This document shows, in pieces, positions 13,560-25,020 of a stretch of 64,000 bases of DNA; position 1 is the first letter of the stretch; the number at the start of each line of letters is the position of its first letter. A program made the translations under genes and the position numbers. The stretch lies in assembly GCF_036321535.1 (NCBI RefSeq), contig NC_087436.1, positions 31,436,001 to 31,500,000 on the forward strand, given 5' to 3'. Source of the DNA: Camelus dromedarius. Its lineage: Eukaryota. The notes under the pieces are model-generated. The model was not told where the DNA came from. It was given only the letters and a program-made list of their open reading frames with translations, and ran no database searches.

Positions 13560-14575
13560 TTCCAATTTTCCTTTGCTCAGTTCTTCTCTTCACAGTGTTA
13601 GACTTCCCCAAGTCTCTGTCCTAAGTCTGCTTATCTTCTTTCCCTTTTCTGTATCCCTAGCTGTCTTCTTTCATTCAAAAATAATTTTTGCCAGTGACCA
13701 CAATCAATAAAAGAGACTAGAATCCACAGATCCAAATGTCTGTTGGGTACCTAACTTGATATCTCCAAGCATATAAAAAATAACATGTCCAAAAGTTAAC
13801 CCAATACAAAATCTCCTTGAATTCCTGTCACTACATCTCACTAAATGATTCCTCCATTTACCCAATTTTTCATGCCATAATCCTGTAAACTGTCATTAAT
13901 TCCTCCCTCTTCCTCATTTCCAGTCCTTCGTCCATCACCAAGTCATGTTCATTCTTCCTGTAAATATATTTCTGATCCACCCATTTGCCCTTTTTCTCCA
14001 TCTCCTCTGCCATTACTATTATCTATCAGCTGGATCAGTGCAATAATCATAATCAACCTCTTGCTCTCTATTCTAGTCACCTTTAATTCAATCTCCCTCC
14101 TCAGCAGAAAATATCTTTATAAAACAAAAATTTCTTCTTCTAATCCCTTAACTTTAAACCCCTCAGGTCTTCTCCTAGCTGATAAAAGAGGCCACAATTC
14201 GTTAGCATCTTGTATGACTCCCTGCATGACCTGGCCTTTGCCTACTTCTCTAACCCTATCTGTTGCCACTGTCACCCTGGCTCACACATTACAGCCTTAT
14301 CAGTCCTTATATAGTTCCTCACCCAAGAGAAATTATTTCCACAGCATTTCACTTGGCCTGGAATGCTCTTTCCCCAATCTTCCCCCAATCTTCCCCCATG
14401 CTAATCTAAGCAAATCATCAAGATCTCATCTCAGATTTTTTTCTTCAGAGTCCTTCCCTGATCCCTTGACCTCAATGTGATTTCCATGTTATTCTCTTCT
14501 TATAACACTTAAGATATTTCATAGTTATGTATTTATTTTGTGCTTTATAATTTTCATCTTCTCTAATAGACTTTG
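13560..14575 (+). mobile_element. L2 fragment
   Basis: Pyrimidine-rich sense L2 (catcaccaagtcatg, catgacctggcc, ggcctggaatgctctttcccc); the 139-aa ORF at 14061 lies inside it. Confidence 0.8.
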
Positions 14576-14577
14576 TA

Positions 14578-14712
14578 GCCAGTAGTAAAACTTAGTGGAA
14601 AATTAAAGCAACTCAATTTCAAATAGGACCACTAATGATTTATATACTTCAGGAGTGAAGTTTTAGATCACTCTATAATTTTTAAGAACCCCAGACAGCT
14701 GACATGCTTAGT
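14578..14712 (+). mobile_element. ERV-L internal 3' segment, inverted relative to the adjacent pol
   Basis: gtggaaaattaaagcaactcaat...cttcaggagtgaagttttagatcactc...gctgacatgctt resembles the ERV-L sequence downstream of dUTPase, in sense orientation (recalled consensus). Confidence 0.6.
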
Positions 14713-16690
14713 CAATAGGTTGCAACATACTACTCTTTAATCAGAATCAGTGATCTAGTCAACGTAGTGACAATCTTTTTTGCCAGTTATTGACAATGTC
14801 ATGCCAGGTGATTGTCATGAGAATGCCAAAGTGGCTAGGGATATCTCTAATTCCAGGTCAATGGAATCAATGTTGTGGGAAACATTTCTCCCTTAGGAAC
14901 TGAAACCTCTCAACAGAGGCCAAACACGTGGCGACTGGAAGATAAATTTGGAGTAACATTGGACAGAGTCACTTTCACTTTCACACCTTGATTCCCGCCT
15001 CCACGTGCTCTGGCCACGGGGGAAACAGCACCACGTTTGTCACTGGCTCAGTGTATACACCCTGTCTCCTGTGTGATAATAACAAAAGCATTGCAGACAA
15101 AGGATACAGTATTTCCATGAGGATAAACCACTGACCCCTCAATGACAGAAGACCAGTGTAAGTAACTTGCCACAGTGGGGCTACTTGGTTCTCATGAGGA
15201 ATGGTGCCATATCTGGGACTTAACATTGGCGTCTGCTGTTCACATACTACACACTTAGCAGACCAGTCTCAGTGAGAAAGAAAAATTTTTTTTGAACATG
15301 CATAATCTCCTTTTATGTCATTATGTGCACTTTATTAATGATCCCATTAAGCAAGCACTAGAATTGCTATGAAAAGAAGCTTACAGGCCCACAGAACAGG
15401 TCATCTCATTCACCTGACCACTGAAAGCCCCCTCTGAGGTAGGTGTGCTTTGGTGAGCATTCATGTGGGTCACAAATATCCTTACAGTCTGTGTCCATTT
15501 CAAAGTTCCAACTACGTATCTCTTCCCCACACCTCCTTGTCACTGATTTCCCAATTGTGTTGTTCCCAGGTCCTTAACCATTTGGATAAACTGTTAGCTA
15601 TTTTCCTTGAATCCATGTAGATCATTTTTTTTCTGTCCATATCCATTTCCAGGCAAACAGGACAACAGGATATACTGCCTGATATTCGGTCCACTGGGAG
15701 GATTTTGTTCCCTATAGTCCCTCCTAACCACTCCTAAGTTAGACTGAAATGCTACAGCAACCAATTTTGGCTGGTTCCTGCATATCATGCAGAACCAACT
15801 ATAAACAAGCCTGAATTTTTCTTCCTAAGTCAGATAATAATAGATACACAGCATGAGGCATAGGTGTGCGTTGAGTGAGAGATGTCAAGGGAGCAGGAGT
15901 AAGTACAATGGAGAGTTTAAGCACTTGCTCTTGAAACTCCTGCATCTTTAGGGCTATTTGAGACTGATATTACATAAATGAACCTCCATGTGACAAGAGA
16001 ATGTTGTTGCACATTCCGTTATTGCTTGGTGGTTCAGGTAACACCAGTGCATGACAGGCTACTTAGGTCTCATGTCACTTGTGGTTCCATGGACAGGGCC
16101 TGATAGTAAACTCCGTTTTAGAGAATAATTATTTGTGAAACAGGTATAGCCTTGCTTCAGAACCTTAAGGATCTGCAATGCAGTTCTCCTGTGGACTGCA
16201 GAGGCTCCCATAGAGCATACATAACTGTTGTGGCCTCTTTAACACATTGGATCCACTAGGTCACAAGGCTAAAGTAATCGGGTAGCTTGCATGGTATCGC
16301 AGAGCGTCTCTAAAGCCATCTTTTGCTACTGGTCCCACTCAAAACTGGCAACTTTATGAGTCACTCAAAAAAAAGGTTACTCAGATATGGTATACATTGC
16401 CTCCCTAATCCAAAGGGTGGTCTGCTTCTTTCTTAGTACTGGAGAATGCAAGGCAGCAATTTATCTTTCACTTTGAATGCAACACATCAGTATTCCCAGA
16501 CTATTAAAATTCTAGAGATTTCAACCATGTGCAGGCTCCATGAAATCATATGAGGGATTCTGAGGCATTTAAATTGTTTCCTACTTTTCTGTTTCCCAGT
16601 TCTAATTAGCATGATGTTTCCAGTGTAGCAGACCAGCATGATGTGGGATGAGAGGACCAAGGTATCTTTGGATCAGATTATTAAAGAAAG
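14713..16690 (-). pseudogene. pol: Degraded ERV-L pol (RT, RNase H, integrase, dUTPase), no LTRs visible
   Basis: ORF 14981-15226 LSPRYGTIP..WQVTYTG is ERV-L integrase-like; ORF 15512-15694 IYMDSRKIANSL..W..W...WEISDKEVWGR is RNase H-like; degenerate YIDD motif (VCYTGNIM) at about 16610-16633; many stops and frameshifts. Confidence 0.9.
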
Positions 16691-17483
16691 CTATTTGAGA
16701 TCCCTGAAATTCTGCACAAATGTTAGGGTCAGCTTTTCCATTTCTGCAAAAAAAGGCCATTAAGGTTTTTTTGTTTTGTTTTGTTTTTTTTTAAGGCCAT
16801 TAAGCTTTTGATAAGTATTAGACTGAATGTGTAAATTGCCTTGGGAAATATTGCAATTTTGACAATATCAAATCTTCCAATCCACAAACAAAGGGTGGCT
16901 TTCCGTTTATTAAGGCCTTCTTTAATTCATTTCAGTAATATTTTGAAATTTTTAGTGTATAAGTTTTGTACTTTTTTGGTTAAATTTATTCTTTTAATGC
17001 TATTGTAAATGGGTTTTTTTAAGGTTTTTTTTTTTTTTTTGGTGGGGGGAGATAATCAGGTTAATTCATTAATTAATTAATTTTTTGATGGCAGGTACTG
17101 GGGATTGAACCCAGGACCTTATGCATGCTAGGCATGTGCTCTACCACTGAGCTATTCCCCACTTCCTACTATTGTGAATAGAATCGTTCTCATAAGGGTT
17201 TTTTTTTTTTTTTGGATCATTTATTGCTAGTGGCTGGAAATACAACGGATTTTTGTATGTTGATCATGTGTCTCGAAACTTCACTGAAATCATTTTAGTT
17301 CTAATAGTATTTTTGAGGATTTTTAAATATTTTCTAAATTGAGAATCATGTTATCTATCAATGTATATTTACTTGTTCTTTCCAGTTTGGTTGCCTTTTA
17401 TTTATTTTTCTTGCCTAATTGCTCTTGCTAAAACTTCCAGTACAATGTTGAATAGCAGTGTTAAAAATAGTCATTCTTGTCTT
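16691..17483 (-). mobile_element. L1 ORF2 fragment (L1M-type), interrupted by a SINE and a poly(A) insertion
   Basis: Antisense L1 ORF2 motifs (aatcttccaatcca, aacttccagtacaatgttgaatagcagtg). Confidence 0.85.
17013..17166 (-). mobile_element. Vic-1-type SINE inserted in L1
   Basis: Minus strand GGGGAATAGCTCAGTGGTAGAG...GGTTCAATCCCCAGTACC; degenerate TSD CTATTGTAAATGG (17000-17012) / CTATTGTGAATAG (17169-17181). Confidence 0.9.
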
Positions 17484-19940
17484 GTAATTTTCAGTATACA
17501 AGTCTTACACATATTTTGTTAAAGTTATCCCTAGATATTTCATATTTTGGTGATATTTTTAATGCTTATTTCCAGTTTTTGTTACAAATATTTATTTAAA
17601 AATACAACTGAATTTTACATATTGGTCTTGTATCCTAAGACCTTGCTGAATTCAAATACTCAGCAGCTTTTATGACTATTTTTAAAGTTTCTTGTTCACT
17701 ATTATTCACCTGTGAATATAGAGAGATTCACTTGTTCTTTTCCAATCTATATGATGTTGATTACCTTTTTCTAACTTTAATACACTAAATCCTTTCATAT
17801 AATGTTACATAAAAGTGATGGTAAAAGTAGATATCCTTGACATGTTCCTGTTTTTCAGTGGAAAAGCATTCGGTCTTTTACTATTAAGCATTATGTTAGC
17901 TATAGGTTGTCTTTAACCATTTGAGGAAATCCCCATTAGTTCTTAAATTACTGGGAATTTTATTATGCGTGGTAGTTGAAATATATCAAATTATTTTTCT
18001 GCATCTATCAAGATGATTGTATGTACTTCCCCATTTACTCTATGGTGAATTGCATTAATTGATTCTTTTCAAACCGTTGCATTCCTGGGATAAACTCCAC
18101 TTGATCATGATTTATTATCACTTCTATTGCTGAATTTGATTTCCAGTTATTTTGTTGGACATTTTTATACCTATTATTAAGAGAATTTTGATCCTAAATT
18201 TTATTTTCTTGTAATGAATTTTAGCTGTTGTACCAGGTTAATATTGGTATCATTAAGTGAACTGGGAGGTGTTTCGTCTTCTATTTTCTGAAAGATTATT
18301 TAATTTAATGGCATAAAATGTTCATAACAATCCCTTGTTTTACTTTATATTCTGTTGAATCCGGAGGGATGCCCATTCTTTCAGTTTCACTTCTGCAACT
18401 GATAGTTTTTACTTTTTTTCTTTGACCAGTCTAATTAAAATGTCAGTCTAACTAAATGTCAATTAGGTAAAGTTAGTTGACATTGTTAAGTTTTCTATAT
18501 TCATATTGACTTACTGTTCTATCAATTACTGAGAGACAATATTGAAATAACCAATTATAATTAATATTTGTCAACTTTTCCTTTAAGTTTTTGTTTCATA
18601 TATTTTGAAGCTCTGTTACTGACACAAAAATCCTGCATAAAGAATTGTACATCTTCTTGGTGAATAGTTCATCATTATGAAATAATCCATTGTATTTCTA
18701 TAAATATTCCTACTCCTGAAGTCTTTTTTCCTGATCCTAATATATATACTCCTACTTTCTAACATTAGTGTTTGAATGATATACCTTTTTCCATTCTTTT
18801 AAGCCATTTGTTTCCCCCTCACCTCCCATTCTGATGATCACTGCTTTTTCTTTGAGAGTTTGAATCAATTCATGTAAGATAATTACCATTATGTTTGGAT
18901 TTAAAGCTCCCATCTTGTTATGGGTTTTCTATTTATCCCACATGATTTGGGTTTTTTAATTTTCCTACTTTTTCCTTCTTTTCTTTTTTGGATTGAGTAG
19001 TTTTTTTTTTTAGTTTTCTGTTTTATCTCCTCATTTGCCAAGTAGAAGTATCTTCTTTTTTAGTGATTGCTCTATATTTAACTAATCCATCTTTAACGTA
19101 TCAGTCTACCATCAAATTATATCACACTATCATACATAATATGATTCATCCTCCTCCACCCTTTATTTAGCTATTTTAGTTGTACTTTATTTCTAAATAT
19201 TTTATAAATGTTGTAATACAGTTATTATATTTTTTATTGAGCAATCAATTATCCTTTAGAAAACTTAGAAAAATTCACATATATTTTATAAAGGATTTTC
19301 TTTAGCTTTTCTTGCATTGCTGGTCTACTATAACAAAATTTTTCATTTGGTTTGTCTGAAAATGTTTTTAACTTCTCTGAAAATTGTTTTAATCTCCATT
19401 TTTGAAAAATATTTTGTGATAGGAAATTCTATATTTACAGAGTTTTCTTTTTTTCCTTTCAGCAGCTGAAAGATATCATTCCATGGTTTTCTAGCATGTG
19501 TGCTTCTAATGAGAAGTGACAGGTCATTCCTATCTTTCCTCCCTTTAGTGTAAAAAGTCGTTTTTTTCTCTAGCTGCTCACAAGATTTTCTTTGTATCAC
19601 TGATTTTCAGAAAGTTGATTCTAATGTACCTCTTTTTTTGTTTTTCCTTTTTTAAATGCTGCTTTGTGTTCACTGAGTCTTGGGTATGTGGATTTTCAGT
19701 TTACACCAAATACAGAAAAATTCTTGTTATTTTTAAACAATGTTTTTGTCTGCTTCATTCCTGAAATTCAATTGCAATATTTTATACTGCTTTATATTGT
19801 CTCAGATGCCACTAAGGCTCTGTTTATTTATTTCAACTTCATATCTTCTATGCTTCAGTTTGGATTGTTTTGTTTCTGTTATATCTTCAAGTTCGCTGAT
19901 CTTTACTTCTGCTGTGTCTGGTATCCTCTTAAATCCAATT
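17484..19940 (-). mobile_element. Older L1 (L1MC/L1ME-like) ORF2, inter-ORF and ORF1 remnant
   Basis: T-rich antisense L1 (ttgcattcctgggataaactccacttgatcatg, tattttgaagctctgtta); ORF 19343-19600 (RKPWNDIFQLLK) resembles the ORF1 C-terminus. Confidence 0.8.
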
Positions 19941-20648
19941 GCTTATTTTATATTAATATTATTATTGTTGTTAGTTTGTGATAACACAACATTTTAGCAA
20001 ATTTTTGCAAAACTTAGCAAACTTTTAAGCAATACAGTATTGTTAACTATAGGCACTATGCTTACAGTTGAACTCCAGGACTTACTCTTGTAAGAACAAA
20101 ACTTTGTACCTTTGAATGGTACTCCCCCATTTCTCCCTCTCTTCAGCCCCTGGCAAGCAGCATTCTATCATCTGCTTGTGTGTGTTTGACTACTTTTTTT
20201 TTTTTGCTTGTTTCTATTTTTCACTTTTATTTATTTATCTTTATTTTTTAAAGTGGCAGTTTGCATTTATTTATTTAATTTTGGAGGGTAATTAGGCTTA
20301 TTTATTCATGTATTTATTCATTTGTTTTAAATGGAGGTACTAAGGATTGGACTCATGACCTCATGCACTCTGCCACTGTGCTATACCCTCCCTCCATGTT
20401 TCACTACTTTAGATTTCACATATAAGTGAAATCATGTAGTAACTTTCTTTCTGTGTCTGGCTTATTTCACTTAGCTTAATGTCCTCCAGTTTCATCTATG
20501 TTGTTGCAAATGGCAGGATTTCCTTCTTTATAAAGGCTGAATAATATTCCATTGTATGTATATACATTTTCTTTATCCATTCATCTGTCAATGATCATTT
20601 AGGTTTTTCCTTATATTGGCTATTGTGAGTAATGTTGCAGTGAATATG
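19941..20648 (-). mobile_element. L1 3' end (L1MA-like) with a nested SINE
   Basis: tacagtattgttaactataggcac...gatttcacatataagtgaaatcatg...ggcttatttcacttagc...ggctgaataatattccattg. Confidence 0.9.
20197..20395 (-). mobile_element. Vic-1-type SINE with an internal deletion
   Basis: ggaggtactaaggattggactcatgacctcatgcactctgccactgtgctataccctccc; TSD TGTTTGACTACTTT (20183-20196) / TGTTTCACTACTTT (20397-20410). Confidence 0.85.
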
Positions 20649-20673
20649 TGTGTGTGTGCATATATATATAAAA

Positions 20674-20677
20674 TTTG

Positions 20678-20721
<44 letters not shown>

Positions 20722-20725
20722 CAAA
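20674..20725. repeat. (TA)19 microsatellite inside a 52-bp perfect palindrome
   Basis: TTTGGAA(TA)19TTCCAAA read directly. Confidence 0.95.
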
Positions 20726-20915
20726 AAAAGGAAAATGTCCTTTAGTCTTTCCAACATCAAAATATCTACATGGTTATACATGTTACATAAATATAAAAAT
20801 CATTGATTTTTACCATACAACATTTTTCCTTTAGGGTGGTTATCCAGAGGTATCGGCACCTACTAGAACTCTCTACAGGTATGGCATTTATTAAGTACGT
20901 AGAAAATCTTACTAC

Positions 20916-21210
20916 CAGGGTAGATTCACGGCCTGTACAGGTTGTGCTCTGCACAAGAGCACCACGTTGAAGGGGCAAATCAGAGACTAAAAGGCAGCCC
21001 AGGTTTGGCTTGACAACCTGTATGCCACAAGCGCTATCTACCTAGGAACATTTTTTTTAACGTTTTTTATTGGTTTATAATCATTTTACAATGTTGTGTC
21101 AAATTCCATTGTAGAGCACAATTTTTCAGTTATACATGAACATATATATATTCATTGTCACATGGAACATTTTTTTTTTAATTTCACACATAGAGCTGGT
21201 GGTAGCCCTG
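20916..21210. mobile_element. Possible hAT-Tip100-like MITE, interrupted by the L1 tail at 21059
   Basis: CAGGG...CCCTG termini and a ggttgtgctctgcacaag internal motif; TSD not convincing. Confidence 0.3.
21059..21163 (-). mobile_element. Highly 5'-truncated young L1 3' end
   Basis: Minus strand tgtataactgaaaaattgtgctctac...acacaacattgtaaaatgattataaaccAATAAA; TSD GGAACATTTTTTTT at 21045-21058 and 21164-21177. Confidence 0.85.
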
Positions 21211-22699
21211 TCCCTACTGTTATCTCCATGTTATAGTGACAAAACTAGCAGTGCAGTTAATAGTGGCTTAAAACATTTTGTGTCGAGATCACCATTATAC
21301 ATTTATTTAAGAAGATAGGAGCATTCTAAACATTTACCATAGGAACTCTAATTACCATTTTATGGAAGGCAAGATGTATATAACTCATCAAATGAAACGC
21401 GTTCTGTGATGCACTGAAACACTTTGATTTAGAATAGGAATAAGCAGTTGATATTCTTCCACAGGGGAAAAAAAGGTGCACAATGAAAATATTCTACACA
21501 CACCAGACCACTTCCAAAAGCTACAAAGAAGAGATGTTGTTCAGATCCTCTGCTGTTTATTTTAGCATTAAAGCCATTAGCTCTGGTTATTAGATTCTCA
21601 CAGGAGATGGGAAGGATTACTACTAATCGTAGGCAGTATAAATTACCATGTATGATGATGACATTTCAATGTTCATGACAAATCCAGACAAATCTTGGTA
21701 GGCTTTGTTGGATTTACTGGATTAATTTATGTAATTGTCAGAATATAAAATTAACTATGAAAATCTGGTCTGACACCAATGAGTGACTTTTGCCTAAAGC
21801 AATGGATCACTTACCTGCCTTTCCCTCAGAAACCAGAGGAGACAATAAAATGTCAAGGACTCTGTAATCATAGCAAAATCATAAATATTGAAAATAAAAC
21901 CAGGCAAAGGTTTATAAACAATAATTTCCTGCTGGATATTTGCCAGCATTTCACATTTCTTCCTCCTTGTATTCTCCTTTCTTTTCTTCTCTCTTGCAGG
22001 TGTTAGTCTAGGCTTTTTTTTTTTTTTTTTTGCATCTGATCACTCTCTATCTTCTCAAAATATCTGTCTTCATAGGGCAGGTCATGAGCAATGGAGTGAC
22101 AATTTTATAAGCTTCCCCATATCAAGGATAAGGCTAGAGTGCATAAAAAGTAAAGAAGAATGAAAATGAACCTTATTTCAGTCAGAAGAGAACTTTTCTC
22201 TGTTTCCTTGGTTTCTACACCAAATGACCTGGGAACTAAAAGGATCAACCTGTTCCAATTTCCTAGTTCTCTCCAACTTTTCCCAACCCAGCCCACACTC
22301 CAGGAATATTCAGCCTAACAGACTGAGATTCCACAACACAAAACAGCAACTGTTAACAATTATTAAATTCTTTTATTTTAAAATCATATTTGAGTAGTAG
22401 GACAGATACTATTAATCGACTCAATCTCATTATCTTGTCTTCATTTGATGCAGAATCAAGATCTGACTCAGTGCAGTATTACCCAAATTCCACTAAAGGG
22501 AGGGGTATCTAAATGGTTAATAAGGTATAAATTGAGAATTCTCAGAAGTTATGATTTCTTGATGCAGACAGTGTCCCTGTATGCTTTTTCCTTCCTTCAG
22601 GGGCCCCGACAGGATTCTGAAGGTGCAGCAATTAGCTTGCAACAGAAATTTCTGTCATTCTACATAATAAGAATGACACAGCCTGTTCAAACACTGTAG

Positions 22700-23900
22700 G
22701 TAGTAGGGTTTTCTATTATTTGCAGCCAAACACCCTCTTAACTGATGGGAGCTGCATCTCTGTTTATAAGTTTCACATGGAAAAGATATTACACTCAGCA
22801 TCTTTAATATGGCAGTGAAGCAGTCCATTTTCATGACAGCACTATGTCTCTATAATTGTCAGACAAATTAAAATGTGGTTAATTGTTACATAATGTTCCC
22901 AATATAGTGCCATTTGATGTTTATGGTAAAAACAAAACCATCAAGATGATTGAGTGTAGGCACAAAAACATCCCTAGAAGAGATAAAATCATTATCATTA
23001 AGTCGTGCCTCATCAGAAAAGGGCTGTTACTGGTTCAGTCATAGTTTATGGTGAGCATTGCAACGGCAGGGCAAGAGGAGAGGGCTGGCAGATTAATTAC
23101 CAGACTAATTGACTGGCTTTTAAATCCACTTCAATAAATCTGCAAATATGGCTTTTATTAATACCAAGTGCAAGCTCAGTGCTATCACAAAACAAGCACT
23201 GCTGTAGAGTGTAGAATCATAGCACACACAAGAAATTTTGACAAGCATCAGAAAACATTCTGTGGTAGAAAAGAAAATATTTGTCTAGCTTCCCACATGG
23301 TAGAGCAACATTTCCATATCTTATTTACTTCTTCTCAAGAGGGTAGACAATTTTTACACCAAGTGAGAAAAGGGAATACTAAAAATGGTAATCATGACAC
23401 TCATCTGCTTCTCACCAATCAATATTTGTTCAAAATCTCCCCCACAATTGCACTGCATGTGAATTAGTCCATGCCAAAATGCTGCAACCTGGCAGAATTG
23501 TTAGTGTCTGGTGACCGTGATCCAAACTCTAATGTCTGCGTGGATACCTTTACCAAGGGGACAGCCATTGCTCACGACAAAGTGGAGCCGGTGTCTGCAT
23601 GCTGTATCTGCGCAAATGGTCATCAACACTTGCTACACACCCATCTGTTTTATGCAAGGCAAAATGCTTCAATTGCAAAGACATTATCAAAGGAACCCCT
23701 GATAACTGGGAGAGTTATCAAGGCTACCCATCCACATGAAAATAAACATCATATTGTTAATTGTGGCTGACATGCAATTTGCAGAAACACTTGAAGTTAT
23801 TTGTATTACTAACAGCCATCTGAGGCCTTATTTTATCTCCTTAAATCTGCTGCAGTTTTCTGAATGAATTTTTATGGACACATTTAAGGAAACAATTAGA
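22700..23900. promoter_or_regulatory. Candidate conserved non-coding element or enhancer
   Basis: About 1.2 kb with no recognisable repeat, dense TAAT/ATTA cores (gattaattac, ctaattg, gttaattg), TGTGGTT and retained CpGs; conservation not verified. Confidence 0.45.
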
Positions 23901-24399
23901 AGTGCAAACAAAGAATTCCCTAAAGGCCCACTTATCTTGTGTGATCGGAACACTGGTAAACAAGCCCTTTGAAAAGCTCAGGAGCTTTCCCCCATCTCCT
24001 CCTCACCATGACGATAAACCAGCCTAGTAAAGAAGTGCAACTGACTTCTGAATTATCTCCTTCGAGAGACATCATGTAACATTAAAAATTAATCTTTTTA
24101 CCTTTTGATGTTCCCCAAACTTTCTCCCTCTGTTTAGTCTGTAAGATTTCTCTTTTAAGCTAAAAGTAACATATTTTTCAGGAAGACAGTATGATCCTTA
24201 TCCCCTACAAGTAAACTGTGTTTGGGTATTTATTCATCATCCTTCAGGTCCTCCTTTACAACATTACTATAGGTACTTGAATTATATGTATACATGGTAT
24301 TTATGTATATTCAAAAAACTATTGTCAGTGTTCTCAGAAAGCAGGACCTGTTTATAAATATGTTTAATATGAGTGGAAAAATAAGAGTTGAATATACAA

Positions 24400-25020
24400 C
24401 ACTAGTCCCAAGCATGACAGAGAATCAGTCACCAGCTCTGCCCGCAAGGGAGAGGAGAAAGGAACAAAAATAATGATAATCCTTGTAGAAATTGATGTAT
24501 CGTAAGAGAGGTAAAAATGAAGCAATAAGGGAACTGGAGCTGAGACACTTCCTGGCTGAGGGACCAGGGAAGGATTCACACAGAGGGTCCACCTGAGAGT
24601 GTGCAGTGAAAAGACTTTCAACAACTGGGGAAGTAGAGCCACACCTAGTAGAGGGCATGGTGGGAATGAGAGGAGAAAGGCAGAGAAACAAGGGGCAGTA
24701 AAGACTGGTTTGCCACCAACAGTCAGAGGCATACAGTACTGTGGTAGAAAATAAGTTCCAATTAAGTAGATGAATCACATGGAAGCCACCGGCCTGGAAC
24801 AGGGGGTCTACACACATAAGCAAATGGAAATCTAAACACAAAGTTGGGGTAAACTACCATAGGGCTAGTCTCAGAGGTTCCTGGAAACCAGTCTAAGAAA
24901 TCGAAGCTTTATTTGGTAGATAATTACGACAATACTTACGACACTATAATGGTGCCACACAAAGACTAGAACTACAGTTTGGAAAGAGCTTCTATGGCTA
25001 ATCACAGGTGAACAGATTAG
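24400..25020 (-). mobile_element. Degraded L2 fragment
   Basis: Purine-rich antisense L2-like sequence (cagggaaggattcacacagagg, gaagctttatttggtag); accounts for the ORFs at 24364-24841. Confidence 0.5.

Noticed and set aside
14061..14480. 139-aa ORF as a gene
   Set aside because: Lies wholly within an L2 fossil, has a non-ATG start and Ser/Leu/Pro-biased composition
21650..21775. C/D box snoRNA (ATGATGA...CTGA)
   Set aside because: No terminal stem and no recognisable rRNA/snRNA guide; such boxes are expected by chance
24732..24743. TACAGTACTGTG matching the 5' part of miR-101
   Set aside because: The match stops after 12 nt, no precursor hairpin is visible, and it lies inside L2-like sequence
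24364..24841. Overlapping 122- and 138-aa minus-strand ORFs
   Set aside because: Pyrimidine-rich degraded L2 sequence; no recognisable domain
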